Source of the DNA: an uncultured Candidatus Saccharibacteria bacterium
Lineage (GTDB): Bacteria > Patescibacteriota > Minisyncoccia > Phycocordibacterales > UBA9973
Length of the DNA: 62,386 bases
Reading direction: 5' to 3'
NCBI GenBank assembly: GCA_964440545.1
Contig: CAYTSO010000004.1
Location: 1-62,386, forward strand
In this document: positions 21,482 through 32,172 of the stretch, piece after piece
Layout of the letters: each line of letters opens with the position of its first letter
Numbering within the stretch: position 1 is the first letter of the stretch
Notes under the pieces: model-generated
Seen by the model: only the letters and a program-made list of their open reading frames with translations
What the model was told of the DNA's origin: nothing
Database searches by the model: none
Made by a program: the position numbers and the translations under genes

Positions 21482-22387
21482 TTAATTCACACTAGCCATA
21501 CCTGCGCTAATCTCTGAAATTTCTCTTGTAATATTTGCTTGTCTTGCTTTGTTAAACATTAAGGTCAAATCATCAATCATTTCGCCCGAGGCCTCGCTAG
21601 CGTTCTTCATTGCAATCATCCTAGCAGACTGCTCAGAAGCATTTGATTCTAAAATCATTTGATAGATTTGCATTTGGGTTATTTTTTCAGCTAAAGATGA
21701 AATAAGTATGTTGAAATCTCCCTCAAATAAATAATTAATTTTTTCTTTTCCTTTATTTACCAATATGTTCTCATCTGTCTCAAGAGAATTAATTAAATCC
21801 TTCAAATCTCCCTTCGAAACAGGAAGTAATTGTTTCAGGTTCGCTCTTTGTACTAAAGGAGAAACAAAGTCAGTGTAAGCCACCAGAACCCTATCATAAC
21901 GGGAAGATAGGTATTCCTCCGAAAGTATTTTTGCGATTGGAATAATTTCAAAAAGACTGGCGTCATCACTAACCTCGGAAAAAGTTGCAATAATTTTTTT
22001 ATTTAAACGTCTCATGGCAAGATCACCCTTTTTACCAATTGTAACAATGTCTATGTTTATGTTTTCATTTTCTTTTTTCAAAAATGAAAATGCCTTCTTG
22101 ATTATTTGCGCATTGTAAGCGCCACAAAGACCACGATTCGAACTAACAAGAACCAATAATATGTTTTTTATTTCTCTTTGTTCAAAATATGGGTGAACTG
22201 TATTTTCTATATTCTCTGCAATCGAAGATAAAATATCCCAGGAATATTCAGCATATAAGCGTGAGGCCAACGTGCTGTTTACTGCCTTCTTCATTTTTGA
22301 AGCAGCTACCAACTCCATCGCCTTGGTGATTTTTTTAGTATTCTTTATGCTTTTTATTCTTCTTTTTATTTCTTTTGTACCCGCCAT
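21482..22387 (-). CDS. atpG: F1 ATP synthase gamma subunit
   Basis: Position in the operon; N-terminus IKRRIKSIKNTKKITKAMELVAASKM. Confidence 0.93.
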   Translation of the reverse strand: MAGTKEIKRRIKSIKNTKKITKAMELVAASKMKKAVNSTLASRLYAEYSWDILSSIAENIENTVHPYFEQREIKNILLVLVSSNRGLCGAYNAQIIKKAFSFLKKENENINIDIVTIGKKGDLAMRRLNKKIIATFSEVSDDASLFEIIPIAKILSEEYLSSRYDRVLVAYTDFVSPLVQRANLKQLLPVSKGDLKDLINSLETDENILVNKGKEKINYLFEGDFNILISSLAEKITQMQIYQMILESNASEQSARMIAMKNASEASGEMIDDLTLMFNKARQANITREISEISAGMASVN

Positions 22388-22391
22388 ATGT

Positions 22392-23894
22392 TTATTTACT
22401 CAGAGATTTTTTGAAATCATCAATCACCTTTTTTAATTCTTCTTCGCCTTTTTCGTCCCAAATCTTTTTCTCAGTGATTTGTTTGTAAAAAGTTTTTGCG
22501 TTACGTTCGCTGTGTTCAATAAGTCCTTGCTCGAATTCTTTAATTTTATCGATCGCAATATCATCCATGTAACCCTTGGTCAATGCATAAAGGACGACAA
22601 CTTGATGTTCAATCTTCATTGGTGAATATTGTAATTGTTTTAAGACCTCCACGGCTCTTTTGCCGCGTTCTAGTTGACGCTTAGTGGCATCGTCGAGATC
22701 GGAGCCGAACTGTGCAAACGCTTCAAGTTCTCGGAACTGCGCTAGATCAAGCTTGAGTGTTCCTGCCACTTTCTTCATTGCTTTGATTTGAGCACTAGAG
22801 CCAACACGAGAAACCGAAAGACCAACATTTACTGCCGGGCGAACACCTTTGTAAAAAAGGTCTGTTTCCAAAAATATTTGTCCATCCGTAATGGAAATAA
22901 CATTCGTGGGAATATAAGCAGATACATCTCCTGCTTGTGTTTCAATAATTGGCAACGCTGTGATAGATCCTCCACCATATTCTTTATTTTTTCTACAAGC
23001 ACGTTCAAGTAAGCGAGAATGTAAATAAAAAACGTCACCTGGAAATGCTTCACGGCCTGGTGGACGACGAAGGAGAAGCGAAATTTCGCGATATGCGACA
23101 GCGTGTTTTGATAAATCATCATAAATTATTAATACATCTTTCCCTTGATCCATAAAATATTCCGCTATTGAAACTCCAGCATAGGGTGCAATGTACGACA
23201 TCGGGGCTGGTTCGGATGCGCCAGCTGAAACAATAACTGTGTATTTCATCGCGCCACCCTCTTCAAGACGTGCTTCAATTTTCCTTAACTTTGAATCTTT
23301 TTGTCCGATTGATACATAAACGCAAATCAAATTCTGTCCTTTTTGGTTTAAAATTGTGTCGATAGCAATAGCAGTCTTCCCCGTCTGACGATCCCCAATA
23401 ATAAGTTCGCGCTGTCCACGACCAATGGGAATAATACTATCAATAACTTTTATTCCGGTAGCAACCGGTTCAGAAACAGAAAGACGAGTAATAACCCCAG
23501 AAGCCACTCTTTCGATCGGATAAGTCGTTGTTGACTTCAATGGTCCTTTGCCGTCAACAGGAATACCAATAGCATTAACTACGCGCCCCAAGATGGAATC
23601 AGAAACTCCAATTTCCAGAATTCTTCCTGTAGCCTTGACTTCATCCCCTTCTTTAATTTTAGAAAAATCACCTAAAACAATCACACCAATCGCATCTTCT
23701 TCAAGGTTGAGCGCGACACCTGTTTCACCATTAGAAAAAGTCACCATTTCGGAAGATTTAATATCCGAGAGGCCAGAAACCTTTGCAATACCATCGAAAA
23801 CCTCCAGAACTTTACCAACTTTTTCAACCCTTGCTTCTGCTGTGAAATTTTCTATTTCCCTTTTTAAATTTTCTATGATGTGATTTGTACTCAT
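22392..23894 (-). CDS. atpA: F1 ATP synthase alpha subunit
   Basis: GDRQTGKT P-loop; 500 aa. Confidence 0.97.
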   Translation of the reverse strand: MSTNHIIENLKREIENFTAEARVEKVGKVLEVFDGIAKVSGLSDIKSSEMVTFSNGETGVALNLEEDAIGVIVLGDFSKIKEGDEVKATGRILEIGVSDSILGRVVNAIGIPVDGKGPLKSTTTYPIERVASGVITRLSVSEPVATGIKVIDSIIPIGRGQRELIIGDRQTGKTAIAIDTILNQKGQNLICVYVSIGQKDSKLRKIEARLEEGGAMKYTVIVSAGASEPAPMSYIAPYAGVSIAEYFMDQGKDVLIIYDDLSKHAVAYREISLLLRRPPGREAFPGDVFYLHSRLLERACRKNKEYGGGSITALPIIETQAGDVSAYIPTNVISITDGQIFLETDLFYKGVRPAVNVGLSVSRVGSSAQIKAMKKVAGTLKLDLAQFRELEAFAQFGSDLDDATKRQLERGKRAVEVLKQLQYSPMKIEHQVVVLYALTKGYMDDIAIDKIKEFEQGLIEHSERNAKTFYKQITEKKIWDEKGEEELKKVIDDFKKSLSK

Positions 23895-24301
23895 ACGCTC
23901 TTTTTTAAATATTCTTGTAATTTATTAATTTTATTCTTCATTGTTAAGTCTATTATTTCGTCATTTACTTCGATTTTATATCCGCCTAGCAGTTTTTCAT
24001 CTATATTTAAAATTAATTCTATTTCCTTTGCTTTGTATCGTACGGCAAGCAAATGTTTGAGCTCGTGTTTTGTTTTCTCATCAAGATTGCTCCCGCTCGA
24101 GACCTTAGCCACCACCCTTTCTTCTTTTCTGTTTATTATTTTTTCTAAATGTTTAAATATGTCAGGAGTTTTGTTTAATAATCTTTTTTTTACTAAAAAT
24201 TTAACTATTTTTGGAAAAATTAAAGATTGTTCCCTTAAATCCTTACCCATAAGCTCTGAATAAATGGCCTCCGCTATGTTGTTGTTTGAAATTACGGTCA
24301 T
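23891..24301 (-). CDS. atpH: F1 ATP synthase delta (OSCP) subunit, short form (136 aa)
   Basis: Operon position; C-terminal [24 protein letters not shown]. Confidence 0.8.
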   Translation of the reverse strand: MTVISNNNIAEAIYSELMGKDLREQSLIFPKIVKFLVKKRLLNKTPDIFKHLEKIINRKEERVVAKVSSGSNLDEKTKHELKHLLAVRYKAKEIELILNIDEKLLGGYKIEVNDEIIDLTMKNKINKLQEYLKKSV

Positions 24302-24304
24302 TTT

Positions 24305-24766
24305 TTACAAACTATTTAGATCTTGTTTACTTTTAATTAATTTTTCTGTTGCTTGCATGGCAAGATTGATTATTTCGTTTTTTGCCTCTCCTACCATTTT
24401 TATTTTTTCTGCCTCAAGCATTTTTTTACCACTTTCTATTGTAGCGGCAGCTTCTTTTTTTGCATCTTCTAGCATCGCAACTTTTTTTGCTTCAGCTTCT
24501 TTTTTGCCGTCTTGAAAGATCTTGTTTGCCTCAACCTTAGCCCTGGCAAGTATTTCTTCATATTCTGCCCGTGTTTTTTCTATAAGTACCTCGTTTTCCT
24601 TGGCATCTTCAATACCCTTTGCTATTTTTTCGCTACGTTCGGCCATTAATTTCGAAAGTGGCTTTAGGGCGAAAACATACAATACCAAAAAGACAATTCC
24701 AAAATTAATTGCTTGGGCAATCATAATCTTCCAGTCTATGTGAAATGTTGAAATAATTGATTCCAT
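24305..24766 (-). CDS. atpF: Fo ATP synthase subunit b
   Basis: One N-terminal TM helix followed by a long charged helix; operon position. Confidence 0.85.
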   Translation of the reverse strand: MESIISTFHIDWKIMIAQAINFGIVFLVLYVFALKPLSKLMAERSEKIAKGIEDAKENEVLIEKTRAEYEEILARAKVEANKIFQDGKKEAEAKKVAMLEDAKKEAAATIESGKKMLEAEKIKMVGEAKNEIINLAMQATEKLIKSKQDLNSL

Positions 24767-24804
24767 GGTTGATTTTCAAGAGCGAGGCGATTATATAAAT
24801 CTCC

Positions 24805-24859
24805 ACCCTGTTAAATAAATTTTGCTTTGCAAAATTTGCCCAAAGGCATTTAACAGGGT
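24805..24859 (-). promoter_or_regulatory. Nested perfect palindrome (intercistronic stem-loop) between atpE and atpF
   Basis: Outer 12-bp arms ACCCTGTTAAAT (24805-24816) and ATTTAACAGGGT (24848-24859). Inner 9-bp arms AAATTTTGC (24817-24825) and GCAAAATTT (24829-24837). Confidence 0.5.
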
Positions 24860-24896
24860 AAGAAAAATTATATTCACTTCATTCATTAATTTTCTC

Positions 24897-25136
<240 letters not shown>

Positions 25137-25168
25137 CTAATAATAATTTTGACCTTTAATTAATAATT

Positions 25169-26128
25169 TTATGCCATTTCATTTATTGCTTCTTTAATTA
25201 AAATTTTTTCATCGTCGTTTTCTTTTTTTAAGTGGGTTGATTCATATTCCTCGTGTTCTGCATGATCAGTTGAAGCAATTGTGAAGTAAACTACGAGCAA
25301 AATTGAAAAAATGAGTGCTTGTATAACTCCTACCAATAGTTCAAGAAAAAGAAATGGTATTGGAACGATATAGGCCACTAAGGCTGCCATGGAAACTAAC
25401 AGAACCTCCCCAGCAAAAACGTTTCCAAAAAGACGAAAAGAGAGGGAGGCTATTTTTGCAAATTCTCCGACAATTTCTATCAAACCGACAAAGAACGTAA
25501 TTGGAGCAACAATTATTATTGTTGGCTCGTGGCGAATCTTGGTGAAAATCTCCCCGAGCACCTTGAGATTAACATATTTATTAAAAGTTTTCCATATACC
25601 GATAGAAAAAACACCAAAAAGATTCGCGCCCAAAACTGCCATCACCGCCAGTGCCACTGTTGTGTTTATATCCGCAGTTCCTCCACGAAGAAACGGAACA
25701 AATAAAAGTCCATGTTCTCCTTCTTCAATTATTCCAAAAGCCCCAAGAGGAAGTATGCCCAACCAATTGTTTATCAAAATAAAAAAGAAAACCGAGATTG
25801 CAACTGGAAAGATTTTTTGAGAAATAGCCCTGTTTCCTGTCACCTGATCGCACAAACCAAGGGCTCCGTCTATCGCTATTTCAAAAATATTTTGTAATTT
25901 ACCAGGAACAGTTTTAAGTTTTAGGCGAATAAATAAGGATAAAACTAATATAATGCCAACCACTGCCCAGCTAGTAAGCAAAGCATTGGTAATTGTAAAA
26001 TTTTCAAAATGAACGAGCGGTTCAGCAAATAGAGTAATTTCTTGAGAAATATGTTCTTCCCCTCCGGGCACGGATGCCTCCGAGGATGTTTCCGATATTG
26101 ATTCTGTGTGATTTTCAGCTGTCGTCAT
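25169..26128 (-). CDS. atpB: Fo ATP synthase subunit a (with an N-terminal extension)
   Basis: Polytopic. The conserved Arg region is LSFRLFGNVFAGE. Confidence 0.9.
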   Translation of the reverse strand: MTTAENHTESISETSSEASVPGGEEHISQEITLFAEPLVHFENFTITNALLTSWAVVGIILVLSLFIRLKLKTVPGKLQNIFEIAIDGALGLCDQVTGNRAISQKIFPVAISVFFFILINNWLGILPLGAFGIIEEGEHGLLFVPFLRGGTADINTTVALAVMAVLGANLFGVFSIGIWKTFNKYVNLKVLGEIFTKIRHEPTIIIVAPITFFVGLIEIVGEFAKIASLSFRLFGNVFAGEVLLVSMAALVAYIVPIPFLFLELLVGVIQALIFSILLVVYFTIASTDHAEHEEYESTHLKKENDDEKILIKEAINEMA

Positions 26129-26135
26129 TTTATTA

Positions 26136-26405
26136 TTATTTTTGTTCTGACTCTTTTTCTATCTCTTTTAGCTTTTTTAGGTAATTTTTCATTACTCGGT
26201 AGATACCAAAACAAGTTGCGACAAAGCCAAGCCCCGCAAAAACAAGAAATATTTTTGGTCTCGTACCAAAGTGATTATCTAGCATTTTGCCAAAAATTAG
26301 AGCCAATATTATAGGTACGATAATCCAGGTCGAAACCTCGCTCATTATCTGTATTCCAGGCTTCCACCAAGGACCACTGTTTGGGTTTTGGTTATTGTCA
26401 CTCAT
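26136..26405 (-). CDS. AtpZ/AtpI-family small membrane protein (first gene of the atp operon)
   Basis: 89 aa, two TM helices, located directly upstream of atpB. Confidence 0.65.
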   Translation of the reverse strand: MSDNNQNPNSGPWWKPGIQIMSEVSTWIIVPIILALIFGKMLDNHFGTRPKIFLVFAGLGFVATCFGIYRVMKNYLKKLKEIEKESEQK

Positions 26406-26407
26406 GA

Positions 26408-26434
26408 AAACAAAGCCGTAAAACGGCTTTGTTT
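26408..26434 (-). terminator. Hairpin downstream of the cyclase gene, overlapping the atp promoter/leader
   Basis: 11-bp perfect stem AAACAAAGCCG/CGGCTTTGTTT with a 5-nt loop. Confidence 0.4.
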
Positions 26435-26435
26435 A

Positions 26436-26464
26436 ATTATAGAATAAAGTTATTCTTGATGCAA
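26436..26464 (-). promoter_or_regulatory. Sigma70-type promoter of the atp operon
   Basis: On the minus strand: TTGCAT (26464-26459), 17-nt spacer, TATAAT (26441-26436). Confidence 0.5.
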
Positions 26465-26479
26465 ATGTGGAAAAATGTC

Positions 26480-28465
26480 TTATTTTTCGGTCAGAATATG
26501 AGAACCATCCCAATCTTTAGCTGGTGGATTTTTTTTGAATTCCTGAATTCGCTCTAGATACATCTCAACCAACCCATCCTCCCTTTTTATTTTTTCAAAT
26601 AATTCTATAGTCTGTTCCCAGTTTTGTGCCCGATAAAATTTAATGGCTTCGGAAAATTTGTCTATCATCTTTTTTTCCTCTTCTTCTACTTCTTTTGACA
26701 AACCGATTAATTCAAAAATTTCCACGCCAATTTTTTTCCCTTTTACTACTACCTTGTCCAAATATCTAAAAACAAAACTATCACCAGCTGCTTCCTTGGT
26801 GAACTGGCTAACAATTATTTTTACCTTATATTTTTTGGTCAGACTTTCAAGGCGTGAGGATAGATTAACTGCATCACCCATTACCGTGTAATCAAATCTT
26901 TTATCTGAACCAATATTTCCAACGATTACTTCCCCGCTGTTGATACCAATACCTATGTCCGGAACAAAACCATATTCCTCGTTCCATCTTGAAATATTTT
27001 GATTTAATTTTTTAACCATGGATATGGCAGTACGACAAACATTTTCCGCATGAAGATCTTGGCGAATTGGAGCACCCCAAAAAGCCATAATGGCATCACC
27101 GATATACTTATCCACCACCCCCCCCGCTTCCATAATTAAATCAGACATTAGAGACAAATAATCATTTAAAAAGGAAACTAAATCATGGGCGGACAATTTT
27201 TCGGAAATTGAGGTGAAACCGCGAATATCCGAAAACAAGATAGAAAGTTCCCGATTTTCTCCTCCTAGTTTTAATTTTTTGGGATCAATTAAAATTTCTT
27301 CAATAATTTCCGGCGAAACATAACGGGAAAATGCTTTTTTTATCTTTCTTTTTTCTCGCACATCAGTAAGATTTCTAAAAATAACAACTGTTAAATATGT
27401 CAGCATTATAGAAACTATCGAATAAAGTATGTCTAATATATATCCCTGTTCAAATAGAACTAACGCCGACAGAAGATACAAAAGGAATAAAACAAAAACA
27501 AAAATCGTTCCTTTTATTAAATTGAGCCTAAACATAAACAAGCAAGTGCCCAAGATTAGTAAAACAAAAATTACTATTTGCCAAAAATTGTTTACTGGTC
27601 GAAGAAAACTATTTTCGATAATGGTGCTAATGGCGTTGGCGTGAATTTCAACTCCACTCATGGGTTGGCCGCCCGAGGTAGGCACCATATAATTGTCATG
27701 TAGATCCGGGGCAGTGGCTCCAATTAAAACTATTTTGCCGTTCATGGAAACTTCCTTATCTCCTGAGAGAAATTCTTGAGCGGAAATAGAATTAAAGCTT
27801 CCCGGTGGCCCCGAAAAATTTATAACCATTTTCCCTTGTTGGTCTAGGAGAATATTGGGTAGCTTTTTTTTATTAAATTCTTCAGCAACCACTTTGGCGA
27901 AAGAGTAATATTCAACTCCTTCCGGTCCTAGTAAATTTATTAACGACTTCCTAAGAATGCCGTCTCGGTCCAAAATAATATTGGCAACCCCTTGAGAAGA
28001 AATTCCTCTCAATCCAATAATGGGTGAAATGTATGAATCAAGCCTAATTTCACCAAAAGTTAAGTTTGTTTCCGCCAGCAAAGGTAAAACGACTGCCGGG
28101 CAATTTTTAAAAGATTCTACTAATTTTTGGTCACTCCAAGGATCACTGGGTTCAGAAAAATTTATATCAACACCCAAAACCGCAGGTTGTTGATTGCATA
28201 TTTTACTAATAATTTCAGCGTGGATTTTCCTATCCCAAGGCCAACGTCCTAATTTATTAATACTAGAACTGTCAATTTCAATTATCAAGATATCTTGATT
28301 AGGCGGACGACTTAAAAACAATTTGTCCAAAAAACTCATTCTCCAACTAAAAAAAACATTATTGCTAAAAACAAAAATTATTAAAGTGCTAATAATAATA
28401 GTAAAGAGTGAAATTTTTAACGCTTCCTTTTTCATTAAATTAGTAGTACATATTGTAAGTTGCAT
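26480..28465 (-). CDS. CHASE2-sensor class III adenylate/guanylate cyclase
   Basis: N-terminal TM helix, a periplasmic CHASE2-like region, three TM helices, and cyclase motifs LSILFSDIRGFTS and KYIGDAIMAFWGAP. Confidence 0.85.
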   Translation of the reverse strand: MQLTICTTNLMKKEALKISLFTIIISTLIIFVFSNNVFFSWRMSFLDKLFLSRPPNQDILIIEIDSSSINKLGRWPWDRKIHAEIISKICNQQPAVLGVDINFSEPSDPWSDQKLVESFKNCPAVVLPLLAETNLTFGEIRLDSYISPIIGLRGISSQGVANIILDRDGILRKSLINLLGPEGVEYYSFAKVVAEEFNKKKLPNILLDQQGKMVINFSGPPGSFNSISAQEFLSGDKEVSMNGKIVLIGATAPDLHDNYMVPTSGGQPMSGVEIHANAISTIIENSFLRPVNNFWQIVIFVLLILGTCLFMFRLNLIKGTIFVFVLFLLYLLSALVLFEQGYILDILYSIVSIMLTYLTVVIFRNLTDVREKRKIKKAFSRYVSPEIIEEILIDPKKLKLGGENRELSILFSDIRGFTSISEKLSAHDLVSFLNDYLSLMSDLIMEAGGVVDKYIGDAIMAFWGAPIRQDLHAENVCRTAISMVKKLNQNISRWNEEYGFVPDIGIGINSGEVIVGNIGSDKRFDYTVMGDAVNLSSRLESLTKKYKVKIIVSQFTKEAAGDSFVFRYLDKVVVKGKKIGVEIFELIGLSKEVEEEEKKMIDKFSEAIKFYRAQNWEQTIELFEKIKREDGLVEMYLERIQEFKKNPPAKDWDGSHILTEK

Positions 28466-30221
28466 CTAATCCAAAGGTTGTTATCTCTTCAGATACTCCT
28501 TCGTAATTCACGTCGTTTTTTGAGTAGAAAACGCCAACCATACCGAATCCGCCATCCTGATCAGAGGTAAGTAATCCTCCTTGGTTGACAGAACCTATAT
28601 TCCCGCTTAGAGTCCATTCTGCTTGTGTGGTAACATCTTCAAGAAAGCCATCGTCGTATTCCAGAACCGCCCTAAATTGCTTTGTACTATTAGGTTCCAT
28701 GGTATTCGGTGAATCACTCAAAACAAGCAAGTTTAACGGAATTGCTGACGCACCCGGAGAAGAACCTCCTGAGCTTCCCCCAGAGCTTGGCCTCGCAACC
28801 ACCGGCTCATCTTTTATTGGATTGTTTGTATTGTCTATTTGATTATCAGCATTGTCTGCGGAATTTTCAATAATAGACTCGTTGTTTTCTACCTCCTCGG
28901 TAAATCTTTCGTTTAATAAAATATCCACCAGAATTCCTATTCGCTCACGCAAAGGAACAGCAACATCAGTGTTTTTTAATGTTCTTATTTTTTCTCTATT
29001 CTCTAAAAGGTATTCTATTAAGAATTTTGAATTTTTTCTACGCAACCTCTTTAAATCACGTAAAAATTCTTCTTGTTCTTTAAAGGACCAATATTCCCTT
29101 TCGTCCTCGGCTAATATTTCTTTCCTAATTTCTCTCAGTAATTTTTTTGCTTCGTACTCAGGCATGTTTGGTGTTACGTCTTTTAATACATTTGCCGTTA
29201 AAGCAAAAACTTTTTTAATTTTATTCCTGCCTTTTTTTAAATCATCATCGGTAGAAATTTTTATTATCTTCTTAAAATCTTCACGTCCTTTTTCAAGTAC
29301 GGCTTTTCCGATAATCGGTTTGCCAGCTGAGATTAAATACTGTCCTTCCATCAACCTATTGACTACAAAAGAAACCATTAAATCAATTTTTTTCTGATCA
29401 TCTGAAGCAAAAGCCAATCTGGCTTTTTCTGCAGCAATTTTTGCTTTATAAAAAGCCGAGCCGGGTAAAACTCCTGTTCTGCTTTTGATGATTTTTAATT
29501 GATTTTCTTTGATTTTGTTGTCAAAATCTTGGTCTTTCTTCTCATTCTCAACGAACCAAGCACTGGAACTTTCTTCGAGATCAATAGACTTAATTTTGGG
29601 CGAGGAGATGGTTGTTGGTTTCTGTTCCGGATTGAATAATACTTCTGAATTTTCGATTAAGTCAATTTTTTCACTGTCATTCTGTCCACCTTCTTGGTCA
29701 ACAAAAGAAACCTCTACAAAATCCTCTAAGGCTTGAATTTTAACAATTCCATCTTTGTCAGTTGAAAAATTTAGGACGGTTCCTCTAACCACCGCTACCG
29801 TGTCACCGCCAACGATTTGAAATGAGGCTTCTCGGTCTAGCAGTTGATTTACTCGTGACCAGATATTTCCCGCAGTAAGTTTTATGGAAATATTAGTAAG
29901 AGAATTGTCTTCCTGGTTAATAAAGATTTCTTCTAAGGTTATTTCACTATTAGGACCTATTCTTGAAACAGCATTGTCAAAAAAATTAATTTCTACCTCT
30001 CCATCTACCCCGGTCTTTACTGTATCTTGCGCTTGCAAAATTTTTCCGACCTTGATTTGTTCTTCTTTGTCTCCAATTATTAATTTTGCCTCTCCAGCTA
30101 CTGACAGAACTTCCGCGTGTGGTGTAGGCAGGTCTATTGGCTTAGCCAAGGACATAAAACCAAAAAATAACACACCACCAAAAATAATTATTAAAATTAA
30201 TATTATGATTTTTTTATTCAT
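28440..30221 (-). CDS. Membrane-anchored FecR-like protein with a long helical region and a C-terminal Big_2-like Ig domain
   Basis: I trimmed the start to ATG 30221 (MNKKIIILIL) because the track ORF extends over tRNA-Ile. FecR-like stretch GEAKLIIGDKEEQIKVGKILQAQDTVKTG. The 3' end overlaps the cyclase start by 26 nt. Confidence 0.6.
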   Translation of the reverse strand: MNKKIIILILIIIFGGVLFFGFMSLAKPIDLPTPHAEVLSVAGEAKLIIGDKEEQIKVGKILQAQDTVKTGVDGEVEINFFDNAVSRIGPNSEITLEEIFINQEDNSLTNISIKLTAGNIWSRVNQLLDREASFQIVGGDTVAVVRGTVLNFSTDKDGIVKIQALEDFVEVSFVDQEGGQNDSEKIDLIENSEVLFNPEQKPTTISSPKIKSIDLEESSSAWFVENEKKDQDFDNKIKENQLKIIKSRTGVLPGSAFYKAKIAAEKARLAFASDDQKKIDLMVSFVVNRLMEGQYLISAGKPIIGKAVLEKGREDFKKIIKISTDDDLKKGRNKIKKVFALTANVLKDVTPNMPEYEAKKLLREIRKEILAEDEREYWSFKEQEEFLRDLKRLRRKNSKFLIEYLLENREKIRTLKNTDVAVPLRERIGILVDILLNERFTEEVENNESIIENSADNADNQIDNTNNPIKDEPVVARPSSGGSSGGSSPGASAIPLNLLVLSDSPNTMEPNSTKQFRAVLEYDDGFLEDVTTQAEWTLSGNIGSVNQGGLLTSDQDGGFGMVGVFYSKNDVNYEGVSEEITTFGLDATYNMYY

Positions 30222-30262
30222 GTTCCAATTATAAAGCAAAAATAGAAAAAAGATATTATTTG

Positions 30263-30334
30263 TGAGCGTGGATGGGATCGAACCATCGACCTCTGTCTTA
30301 TCAGGACAGCGTTCTACCACTGAACTACACGCTC
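30263..30334 (-). tRNA. tRNA-Ile(GAU)
   Basis: The reverse complement is GAGCGTGTAGTTCAGTGGTAGAACGCTGTCCTGATAAGACAG.... Anticodon loop CTGATAA. Confidence 0.9.
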
Positions 30335-30375
30335 AAAATTATTTAGATATCAACATAAAATATAACATAAAATAA

Positions 30376-30406
30376 ACAAAAAACCACCCTTTTGGGCGGT
30401 TTTTTG
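30376..30406. terminator. Bidirectional intrinsic terminator downstream of the RRM gene
   Basis: A-run, then ACCACCC-TTTT-GGGCGGT, then T-run. Confidence 0.6.
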
Positions 30407-30420
30407 TTTAAGTTCATTAT

Positions 30421-30714
30421 TTATCGTCCCCCGTATCCACCATTTCCACTTCTTGGAGCGCGAGGTTCCATTGGACGGGCTTCGTTGACGGTAAGTTTGC
30501 GTCCTTCGAATTCTTGGTCATTAAACATAGAGATTGCTTTTTGGGCCTCTTCGTCAGATGACATTTCTACGAATCCAAAACCTTTTGAACGACCGGACAT
30601 TTTGTCCATAATAATCACAGCTGATGCAACTGTACCAGCTTGAGAGAAAAGCTCTTTAAGAGCATCCTCCTGCGTTGCGTAAGGGAGACCCCCTACATAT
30701 AGCTTTGTAGCCAT
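30421..30714 (-). CDS. RRM (RNP-1) RNA-binding protein with a Gly/Arg-rich tail
   Basis: RNP-2 motif LYVGGL, RNP-1 motif KGFGFVEM, C-terminal SGNGGYGGR. Confidence 0.9.
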   Translation of the reverse strand: MATKLYVGGLPYATQEDALKELFSQAGTVASAVIIMDKMSGRSKGFGFVEMSSDEEAQKAISMFNDQEFEGRKLTVNEARPMEPRAPRSGNGGYGGR

Positions 30715-30852
30715 ATCTTGTTAACTTCTCCTATTTATTAAAAAATAGGCAAAAACTACCTAATAAAACGTAGAAACTCTTTTTTCGCTAAATGAGACCC
30801 TACATTGAAAGCATAGCACATTGAAAATTTATAGCAATTTATTAGAAAATTT

Positions 30853-31815
30853 TTACTCTTCTTCATTTCCGACCTCACCGGATTCAAGATCGTTGACTAT
30901 TTCACTAATATCCCCTTCCATAACTCTTGGCAAATTATGCCAAGATTTTTTAATTCTATGATCCGTAACACGATCTTGCGAAAAATTATAAGTACGAATT
31001 TTTTCAGAACGATCACCAGTACCAATTTGGCTTTTTCTTTCACCAGCATATTTTTTTGCCTCTTTTTCCTCTTCTAGTTGTTGCAATTTTGCTGTCAAAA
31101 TCATCATCGCTTTTTCACGATTGGCTAATTGGCTTCTTTCATTTGTGGAACGCACATCCAGTCCAGTTGGTTTATGAATTATCCGGACAGCTGTTTCAAC
31201 CTTATTTACATTTTGTCCGCCCTTGCCCCCCGAGCGAGAATATTCCATTTCAAAATCGGCTGGATTAATTTCAAAAGTTATTTTTTTTCTTATCGGAAGC
31301 ACTGCCACAGAAGCAGTTGAGGTGTGTACACGTCCATTTTTTTCAGTAGCTGGAACTCTTTGTACTCGATGTACCCCAGTTTCATAACGCATTTTTTTGT
31401 AAACATCTTTCCCCTTGATTTCAAAACTTGCTTCTTTATAACCATTTAAGGAACTTTTTGATTCATAGTTTATTTTCCACTGCCATCGTTGCGCTTCAGC
31501 AAATTTTTCATACATATGCGCTAATTCCCAGGCAAAAAGAGAGGCTTCATCCCCACCAGCGCCAGCTCTTACTTCTAGGACTATTTCACTGGGAAATTCT
31601 TCGGCTTCTTTTTCTTTGTCCAAAATATCTTGTATTTGTTTTTCTATGTGTGCTTTTTGTTCTTGAATGGACCTTAGTTCGCCTTGTACCATTTCTTCTA
31701 GGTTTTTATCCTTTAACATTTCTTCTACCTCTTTTTCTTCACGCAACAAACGCTCAAGTTCACCAGCCAAATAACTTGTGTTATGATTTTTTTTTAATTC
31801 ATTAATGTCTAGCAT
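30853..31815 (-). CDS. prfA: Peptide chain release factor 1
   Basis: PAT tripeptide (RVPATE) and GGQ (SGGKGGQNVNK). Start trimmed to ATG 31815 (MLDINELKK). Confidence 0.9.
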   Translation of the reverse strand: MLDINELKKNHNTSYLAGELERLLREEKEVEEMLKDKNLEEMVQGELRSIQEQKAHIEKQIQDILDKEKEAEEFPSEIVLEVRAGAGGDEASLFAWELAHMYEKFAEAQRWQWKINYESKSSLNGYKEASFEIKGKDVYKKMRYETGVHRVQRVPATEKNGRVHTSTASVAVLPIRKKITFEINPADFEMEYSRSGGKGGQNVNKVETAVRIIHKPTGLDVRSTNERSQLANREKAMMILTAKLQQLEEEKEAKKYAGERKSQIGTGDRSEKIRTYNFSQDRVTDHRIKKSWHNLPRVMEGDISEIVNDLESGEVGNEEE

Positions 31816-31900
31816 AATATAGTAAAATTTTGTAAATAAACTTTGCAAGAGCATACTCCTTGCGACCTAACGAAGCAAAGTTTGATTTACAAAATTTTAA

Positions 31901-32119
31901 TTACTTTTTAGTTTTTATGGAAGCGGCTGCTCGCTTTTTAAATCGCTCAACGCGTCCAGCAGTGTCCATAATTTTTTCATTACCAGTGTAAAAAGGATGG
32001 CATTGGCTACAAATCTCTATTTTTATTTCTGGAACGGTAGAACCAACTTCAAAAACTGCTCCGCAGGCACAGGTAGCTTTTGTTTTTAAATCATATTTTG
32101 GATGTATCTCTTTTTTCAT
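31901..32119 (-). CDS. rpmE: 50S ribosomal protein L31
   Basis: MKKEIHPKY...[10 protein letters not shown]. Confidence 0.93.
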   Translation of the reverse strand: MKKEIHPKYDLKTKATCACGAVFEVGSTVPEIKIEICSQCHPFYTGNEKIMDTAGRVERFKKRAAASIKTKK

Positions 32120-32172
32120 TGCTCAAGAATATTATCACAGCTTTCAGTTAAAAGCAATTAGAACTATAAAAA

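Noticed and set aside
30222-30320. N-terminal 33 codons of track ORF 28440..30320 (MVERCPDKTEVDGSIPS...)
   Set aside because: This stretch is the reverse translation of tRNA-Ile(GAU) at 30263-30334. The real start is ATG 30221, followed by a TM helix.
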